64,000 nucleotides of DNA from a virus. The translations under genes were made by a program, and so were the position numbers. The stretch covers positions 96,001 through 160,000 of the IMG/VR virus record IMGVR_UViG_3300009158_000001, one strand, 5' to 3'. Below are positions 19,269 to 28,200 of the stretch, piece after piece (position 1 is the stretch's first letter; the number at the start of each line of letters is the position of its first letter). The notes under the pieces were generated by a model. The model worked only from the letters and a program-made list of their open reading frames with translations. It searched no databases and was not told the DNA's origin.

Positions 19269-22200
19269 ATGACTATTGCCCTTATCGTCCTCGCCATCTT
19301 CGTCTGCATTGTCATCCTTTCCAACACGGTGAGCTATCTCATGACCGCCAACAAGACCGCGCCCATCACCCCCGCCGAGGTTCGTATGAACAACAACAAC
19401 CACCCCCTCATCGTCCTGGCCATCGTCACCCTGGTTGTCATTGGTGGCCTTGTCACCTTCGGCATCGGCAAGACTGCTGGCCTGTGGGCTCAGCCCTCCT
19501 TCGAGGATCTCGTTGACCCCTACGCTGTCGCTGAGTATGAGCAGGTTGCCCTGCGCATTACCAGCTTCCCCCACCCTGGTGTTGGCCAGTACTCGCCTGA
19601 TGAGGGTACCAATTGCACGGGCTGGGCCTGGAAGGGCCACATGTACGGCATTACCCATTGTGATGTCGACACATACATCATTGGCAAGGAGACGGGTGAG
19701 ACCCCTGATCCAGTGGTCCGTATCAACACGGATCACGTTGTCAGTGTCCCTGTATTGGGCAATGACCTCTACACCGTTGGCATGGAATGCAGCCCTGACC
19801 TTCGCTGGTGGGGTGCTACCACTGGTGAGTGGCGTAACCTCGATTGGAGCGACATCGACGTTGAGACATTCAGCCCTAACAACCGCGCTGCTAGCCTCAT
19901 GCTTGAGCGCTGGCATGGTAGCGTAAACCGAGCACAGGACGCACTGGCTCAGCAGAACGAGTACAGCGCTAGCCTGTACACCAACACCGCCCTGTTCCAG
20001 CAGGGTGAGTGGGAGATCCTTAGCAAGGGTCAGCGCTACTGCTACGACAGCCAGGATGATGTGGTTGGCCATGGTGGCTGGTTCCGTAGTGGCGATAGCG
20101 GTGGTGTCCTTCTCGCAGGGGATGAGCCCATCGGCGCTGTTAGCTACAGCAACGGGTCTGAGACCCGCAACTGCTTCAGCGCAATTGCGTTGTCGCAGGA
20201 GAAGTCCTACCAGGACTTTGAGTTCCGGGAACTCTCTTCGACCACCATGGACCTGACTGGGAAGTTCAAGACCGCTGCTTCCCACTCGGGTATGCAGGGG
20301 CGGATTTTCCGTAGCCTCAACACCGAAACCACCAACGCCCATCAGGGCAAGGAGAATTTCATGCCTTACCTCATCCTCGCCATCCTCGGCCTCATCCTCG
20401 CTGCCGCCACCACGACCATCAAGGTCAAGGAGTTTCTCATGTCCAACCTTCGCACCATCGTCATTGGTTTCCTGATTGTCCTGGGCCTTGTGGTCCCGAT
20501 CGTTCTGGCGTGGAACCACGCCCTCACGGTTTGTCCTGTCACGGACGCATGGTTCAGTGTCAACTTTATGAACGGTGCCCTGGTTAGCATCGTCGTTGAA
20601 ATGGCTGCAATTGCGGCTGTTCTCGCCATGGCAACGCTTATCTCTGAGATGAGCTGCCCAAAGTGGATGGTTAAGCCTATCCTCGCCATCACCCCCAACC
20701 TTGCCACCATCACGGCCAATAAGGCCAAGGAGTCTGTCATGCCTATTCGCCTGTACATTGCAATCATCCTCACAATCGCCATCTTCGTCCCCATGGCGCT
20801 TATCGCCACCTTCCGAGAGGCCTTCGTGTGTATCTTGGGCCTTGGCCCCCTTGCATTCACGGCTATTGACCTCATTCTGCATGTGGAGTACCACTACCAT
20901 GTGCGTGAGCTTTCTATCGTGACCAAGAAGCTCATCGCCCACCAGAAGCTGCACAAGCTGCTCTTTGGCGGTATGGCTCTTCTCGCCATGGTTCTTGGTG
21001 GGTGCGGCGATACCATCCAGCAGGCTCCTGCTGGTATGGGCGAAATCGTCGCCGCTCACAACGGCGAATGCAGCGCCTTCCACTGGCAGGGCCAGATCAG
21101 GACGGCGGCTCACTGCACCTATGCCAGCACCGATTGGCGGGACAACGCAACAGCCGTTCTTCACCAGCAGCAAGGAAAGCATGCTATCCCAGAAGACTTG
21201 GCAGATATCGGCCAAGAGTGTAGCCCCGACCTGCGTTGGTGGGGTGCCACCACTGGTCGGACTCTGCCTGTGGAGGACGTCAAATTCTACGCTGTAAAGC
21301 GTGGGCAAAACGTCTGGGACCTTGGCGAACAAGTTCCTCCATGGACTCCTGGAGCACAGGCCTGCTTCACCCAGACCCTGCACAACCGCTTCTCCGACGG
21401 AGATAGCGGAGGACCCCTTCTCGCCGGTGATGAGCCGGTGGGCAGCGTCTCCTGGAGCAGCAACCTGCCTTGGGGCATGGCCTGCTTCGGCCGACTGGAA
21501 AAACAACCAATGTGGGGAAATCTCTCCACGTCTTCCCCGCAAGGGGGTAAGGGCTTCCGCATGAAGTCCATCGAAATGACTGACAGCCTCGCTGTCACTT
21601 TGACCCAGGTCTTCACGGACCTTGCCATTGCAGGAGCAATCCTGGCGCTGGCCTTCCTTCTGGCCCGAGTCCGGGCCAAGTTCCGCACGCACGACGAAAC
21701 CAACGCCGGCAATTCTGCTGGCCTCATTGGGGCTAAGAACCCCAGTAAGGGACACATGTCCCCCATTTTGGCCTTCGTGGCCCGCCTGACGAGCGTAATC
21801 GTCATCCTCCTCCTTGGTGTCTGCCTGCTGGCAGCACCCGGCGTGACCCCGCTGGTCTCTTCGAACAACAGCCCGACCATCGAGACGGGCATCGACCCTG
21901 AGGCCATTGCCAAGATTGTCCAGCGCTTGAAGAAGCGCCTGGCGTACGGCATGCGGATGGCCAAGAAGAAGCGGTGGACCGTGCGTCGCTTGAACCGCTG
22001 GCTCGTTGCAAACGGTTACAAGGCCAAGGCCAAGAAGGCCAAGAAGGCGGTCGCAAAGGCCGTTGTCAAGTTTGACCGTGCGGGTATGACCCGCCGTCAG
22101 CGTCGCGCAAAGGCCCATAAGGCCAAGGTTGCAGCAACGAAGGCAGAAACCAAGGCTCGTGGCGTTAAGCGCCGCGCAGAAGCCAAGGCAACGAACGACG

Positions 22201-25200
22201 CAATCGCCAAGCTGGAGGCTGCGATTGCCTTCCTCGGGCTCATTGCCCGCGTGGCCCGTCACCAACGGCGCATGGAAGTGTCGGCTGCGCGGTCGAAGCG
22301 CAAGGTGGCTCGCAAGGCCACTGCTAAGCCCGCCGCCAAGAAGATCATTGTCAGGGCCGAGGGTGCAGGTCGTCCCACCTTCCACCCCCGCCGCAGCAAA
22401 GTCCAGGGATACAACCCTGCCGCACAAAGCCGACAGGAGATCATCACCTCACGCGAAAAGCGGGAAGAGCGTCGCCTTGCACGCGAGGCTCGGCACCTCA
22501 CGCTCCTTAATAGGGCATATGCTGCCCTCCTCAACATGGTCGTTGAGGGAACGGCATTCAAAGCAGGCTGGACCCTTCGAGGTGCATGCATGCTGCTGGC
22601 GGACAACATGGCTTGGGTTGCCGCCCAGGCCGAGATCCAAACGTTCGATCAAGATGACGACGTGGCCTGGCAGTATGAGGCAGCCGTCCGCAACATCCCC
22701 TTCGAGATTAAGCGGGAGGTTGAGAACGCAGAGGTCGACGCAGCATGGGCGCTCATCGAGGCCAACGACAAGAAAGTCCTTGCCGAGATCAAGCAAGCGA
22801 ACGCTAAGGCGCGGGCCAAGAGGAAGGCAGAGCGTGAAGAGCGCATTGCCACTCACAGGGCGAAGGTCGACGCAGAGCGGGCCGAACGTGAAGCCGCCAA
22901 GGCCGTAAAGGCCGAAGAGCGCAGGAAGCGGGAAATGGCAAAGGCGGAGCGCCTGGTTGAAGCCCTCAAGGCCCGTGAGGCCAAGAAGGGCAAGACCACC
23001 AAGGTGGATGTTACTCCTGTGTCTCCCGTGGCTAAGCTGCGGGAAGTCCAGGCAAACAGCCCCGTTCTCGCCGTTGTCGCAGGTCTTGGGCTTGCGACTG
23101 GCATGGTGGCCGTTGCCGTCATTGCCCTTGCTGCAATTGCCTTCTTCGCTATTCGCAAGAATCGTGCCGAAGACTGCAAAGAAGAAACGGTCGACGCAGA
23201 TTGGGGCGATCTGCTTGAAGCTCCTGCTGAGCCACAGCCCCAGTCCCTGTTGCTGCGTCTGACAGAGCTCTTGGGCCAAGAGTCTCCTGCGCGGGAGGTT
23301 GTTGCATATGAACCTGCTCCTGCACCAGTTACTGTACCTGCCGAGCCAGAGCCGCAATCTCTTCTTGGGCGTCTTATTGAGCTTCTGCCTGAGGCTGAGG
23401 CGCGTGCTACTGAGCCTGCCACCTGCGCTTGCGGAATACCGCAGGAAGAAGGCTACGTCTGCGATACCTGCGTACTCAATGAGTATGCTGCTGGTATGGC
23501 AAATGCCCTCGAAAATGCGGTCGAAGAGTTTCCCTTCACCGATCCTGGTGACTGGGATGGCGGGGCAATCGATGACGTGTATGCGGCTCAGCTCATGGCG
23601 GCTGACCGTGAAGCCGCGCAACGCGATGCGGCAGACTTGGAAGAGCACCTGCAGGTTCTTGCGGCAGAAGCTGCTCTTGCAGACCTCGACCAGGAAGCAG
23701 AACAGGACATTGATCCGCTAGATCTTCTAGTGGAGAAGGCCAAGGAGGAAGAGATGGAAGAGGAAAAGACCCCTGAGCAGGTCTGGGCAGAAATCTGCAA
23801 TGAGCTGACGGTATCCCCTAGGAACTACTCGGCTAATGCTGCAATGAACATCTTGATTGAGATGTATCAGCGCAAGATTGACCTGTTCCGTTTCCGCCAT
23901 TTCGGCACTACTCGTACGTTCACCCGCAAAGACAAAGACGGGGATAGGCGTACCAGTAAGACAAAGACTCTGCGCAAGGACGTTATTGTCCGGTTTGCCA
24001 GCATCCTGCGTCAGGACAAGGAGATGGCAACGTGGTTTGCGGAAGCAAGTCACGATCCCTCTTGGGAGCAGTTCTGGGTTGGCATCGAGTCCCTTATGAA
24101 GGACAAGAAGCAGGCTTGGACTGCCCAGGATTGGCGTATCCTTCGAGCCAGGTACGAAGCGGCTGTCTTGGTCGTTAACGACCTCTGCATCGAGTTCCTC
24201 GGTCAGTCGAAGAGCAAGCCAAAGTTCATGGCAAGTGAAGTCTCTTGTCTTGTAACCAAAGACACCTTCCGCTACCGTGCAGTTGGTGCGCAGGAAGCGA
24301 TGGAAGCCTGCAAGCGCATTAACGCAAAGCACAAAGGTGGCTTCTGTGTGGCTCGTGGTGTCTACCAAGAGCAAATGCTTAGCGGCTCTCACCTGCCCTG
24401 GGTTGTTGATAAGGCTGACGGGGAAGGCAACTGGCTGGAGTTTGGCTTTGTTCTCACCACCAGCGCTGGTGTTGCAGACTGGGGCTTTGGCCGTGAAAAC
24501 CGCAACAATAGCAGTGTTGAGCTGAAGACTGCCACAGAAATGCTTGGTGGAATTGTCCAGCTTGATCAGTACAAGCCAGAACGTGCGTACATCGAGATGT
24601 TCCACAAGAACTGGACCTTGATGAAGAAGCCCAGCCTTAACGACTGGAAGACTTTCATTAAGACAGCCTTTGCCAATGGCAACATGTTATTCATTAACCC
24701 AACGACAATGGATACCAGGCATGTCGCCAAGAACGGCACCAGTTACAGTAAGTCTGTAACTGACAATGGCACAACAGCCAGCACGGTCCATACTTTCTTC
24801 AACGATGGTAGCGTGACCACGGTAATGACGCGCAAGACTCTTGATGCAAATTCGAAAGGCTTTGCTCACAAGTTCAGCAGTGCGCGGACGACTATCAGGA
24901 AGTTCTTCTTGAAACACTCTGGTATTCGTGATCTCAAGGTTCTTCCTTGGGAAGTTGTCGAAAGCCGAGATGAGCTGGCAACAAAGTTTGGCAATGAGTC
25001 GTATGACCAATACCAGGCATGCCGTAAAGCAATCTCTGCTGATCGCAATCATCGGCTAGACGTTGTAGTTCTTAGCCGCGTGAACAATGCACGGTTTGAG
25101 GCTTGGGCTACTGAGTATGTGCAGAATAAGCAATCATCGGTTGTTTATCACATCAAGACTCGGCAGCCTTTGACGCTCAGCCAGCTCAACAAGCAGAATA

Positions 25201-28200
25201 AGGCCCTTGCAAAGCTGCAGGGTAATTACTTCTTGGCTCAAACTGAGTTGGAAACTAGCCGCGCTGGTATTGCAGCCATTAGGCATACGATTGAGACGAG
25301 TGCTTATACGTCTCAAGAACTGTCTTCTGATTTGATTGAGGCCTTCAAAGAAGGTTACCAATGGATGAAGACTCCTGGTGGCTATCAGTTGGTTAGCGCA
25401 AGAAAAGCTGCAGCAAACCCAGAGAAGATTCTCAAGGGCGAAGCTCTTGCTGCTGTGCTGGATGCGTGGATCAAGACTGCCATTGACGTTCAGGCAGACT
25501 CTCTTCGCGCAGAGGGTGCGAAGATTGTGCGCAGGTACGAAGAAGCACTTCAGCTTCTGCTTCCTGGGTACAGCTGCAAGGTCAATGGTGAGGATTGTCT
25601 CATGGCTGCATACAATAAAGCAGAACATGCGAAAAAGACAGACCCCAGCAATCCTGAGATTGCCTTGCTTCTTGCAGCGTACTATGCGGAGTACGAGAAA
25701 GAGCAAGCGGAGTACGAGAATGAGCAAGCGAAAATCCAAGCGCGTTACGAGAAAACCCATAAGGAATGTCAGGAGTATGAGCAGCGCGTTAAGGAGCAGG
25801 AAGGATGGGATGAAATCCCGTTCTGTAAAGCAGGTGCCGTTCTTTCGGCATTGGCTCTTGCAGCTGGGCTTCCTGCCTTCGTGGTAGTGTTGCCGCTTGC
25901 ACTGACGGCACTGGCTGCTTTCATGAAGATGGAAAACTCTGACGTTGAAGGTGAGGAGATCCTCGCTGACAATGCAGAGTTCTGCCTGTACAGTACACCA
26001 ATTGTCCGTCACACAACAGGCAAGTGGACTGCAGTCAAAGACAACAACACTGGGGAATCCGCCCCAGTCGAAGCTGGCGAAAGCCAGAAGGAGAAGCCCA
26101 TGAGCTTCCTTGACAAGATGAACCAGACCATCCGAAATGTCTGGAACGAGCTCACCGGCCGTGAGAGAATTGGTACTGACGTGAAGACCAAGGCACCTGC
26201 CACGTACGGCTCTATCCTTGCTGCCAGCAAGGTTGAGCACACGGCACTTACCCGTATCTGCGGTGGTAAGATCCGTGAGATGCAAGTCACCGAACTCAGC
26301 AGTGAAGAGCTGCGTGAGATCAAAGACTTCATCCGCCGTGATGGTGACACCTGGATCATTGTCCGCGACTCTCAGAAGTTCCACTTCCCGAACTGGGCAA
26401 TGGAGAAGCTGGTGTCTGAGATTGTGATTGCAGGTCACGCTGTCGACAAGAAGGTCAGCCAGCAGGAAGTGAATAAGTATTTCGGCAGCTTGCTTTGGGC
26501 TCCTGCTGAGATTGTTTCCTTCCAGGCTAGCGAAGCCAAGGTCATGAGTGATGGGCTTGCCGCCATGTACGACGGTACCAACCTGATGAGCGATGAGCTT
26601 GCATCGACTATCGACTGGGTTGGCTATGCAATTCGTCGACTGCTTACGGTACTCGGCTTGTTCAAGGGTATGTTCATTATCCTTCCTGCTGGGTACTTCC
26701 CGTCTGGGGTCAAGCTATTCGGCAGTGAGGTGAAGAAGCACCTTCGTCTGCGTCGGGATAGCGGTCGTGCACTTGCACTGCAGCCTCAGGCTAACGGTCA
26801 CAGTGATGTGGCTAGGACTCTAGGCATGCAGCTTTGGTCCATGCTGTTGGGCCCCTGGATTGCTAGTGTTGGTTTTGCCAATCTAGCGAAGGGAGCGTAC
26901 GGCTATGCAATGTCGAACCTGAACAAGGCTAATGAGCGTCTTCTTGCTCCTGCAGAGGAAGAAGAAGAAGGCCGCGATGCCTTGATGGCTGAGGCTAGCC
27001 GCCTGCACGGGTTCAATCCAATTGCTGTATTCAGGTCTTTTGCGACCAGCATGGCAAACGGGCTCACGAAGTCCTTCAATCCCAACAAGGTGAACATTGC
27101 ACCTGTTGACGAGAAGGGCAGAAGCCTTGTGCCAAACGGCTATCCGATGATGCTGCCTTGGCTTGCGCTGGCAGAGCTGTGGCTCAAGGTCACGGGCAAA
27201 GTGCCAGAAGAGCTTGCTAAGAAGGTTGAAGATACCGAAAAGCTTCGTCTGCGGCTCTTTAAGCTTGCGAACGGCGCAATTCCAGTGCTTGTGCACAACA
27301 TGCACCGCCTTGATGCGGCTAAGGTTGCAGGCATTCGTCGCATGGCTATTGCTGCTATTGCGACTCGCATCCCGACTGGCAAGACCAGCGGTATCGAGGT
27401 TATGCTCTTCGACGCAGAAGAGTATGGGGCAGATCTACTGCCTGAGATCGTTGGCCGTAAGAAGAACGACATTGAGTTCTGGCTCTTCCCTTGCGAGGAG
27501 ACCACGGCCTTCAAGGTTGCTTCTGAGGGCGGCGACGACGACGACCTGTACGAGTTCCTCCTGGGAATTCTGCACAAGCTGGCTCGCCTTGGCCTTGAGT
27601 GGCGGGCAAAGATCCTCGATGTGAGTGCCGATACGCAAAAGGCCATGGACGAAATCAAAGTTCGCTTTGCTCGTCAGGTGGCAGCATTCAAAGAAGACCG
27701 TAAGCTTCTTGCAAAGCTGATGGAGATGCCTTATGCAAAAGTCTTCACGGCAAATGGCAAGGTCAGGGCAGGCTGGCCGTCTCTCTTGGGTGTTACCATG
27801 GCACCAGGTGGATGGCAGATCCGTCACACGGAAGCTGTTGAAGATATCATCGTGATGACCGAGGAGTCCCGTGAAGATATCGCCACCCAGGCTCGCCTCT
27901 TTGCTGAGGTAATGACAGCAAACAACGACAGCCCGTTCACCAGCGCCATTGGCACTGTTGCGCAGAGCCACAAGTTTGCCACTGGCATCTTGACTGGAAA
28001 CGTTGTGCTGACGAACAGTATCGGTGCTCTGGATAAGATCTGGGCACTCTTTGTTCTTGCTACCATTCTGCTGTCGGATATGGTAGACGCTTGCAACAAG
28101 GGCAAGAAGTACGCAGAGGCTGGTGCTGCACTCATGTACCTTAACTGGGCATGGGGCTGGCTGTGCTATCGTATTGCTAGCAATCCAGATGCTAAGGTTA

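Noticed and set aside
19143-22427. 1094-aa antisense ORF (also 28218-30626, 25134-26438, 22449-23648)
   Set aside because: Shadow frames of the GC-rich polyprotein, explained by scarcity of TTA/CTA/TCA codons; no motifs or SD.
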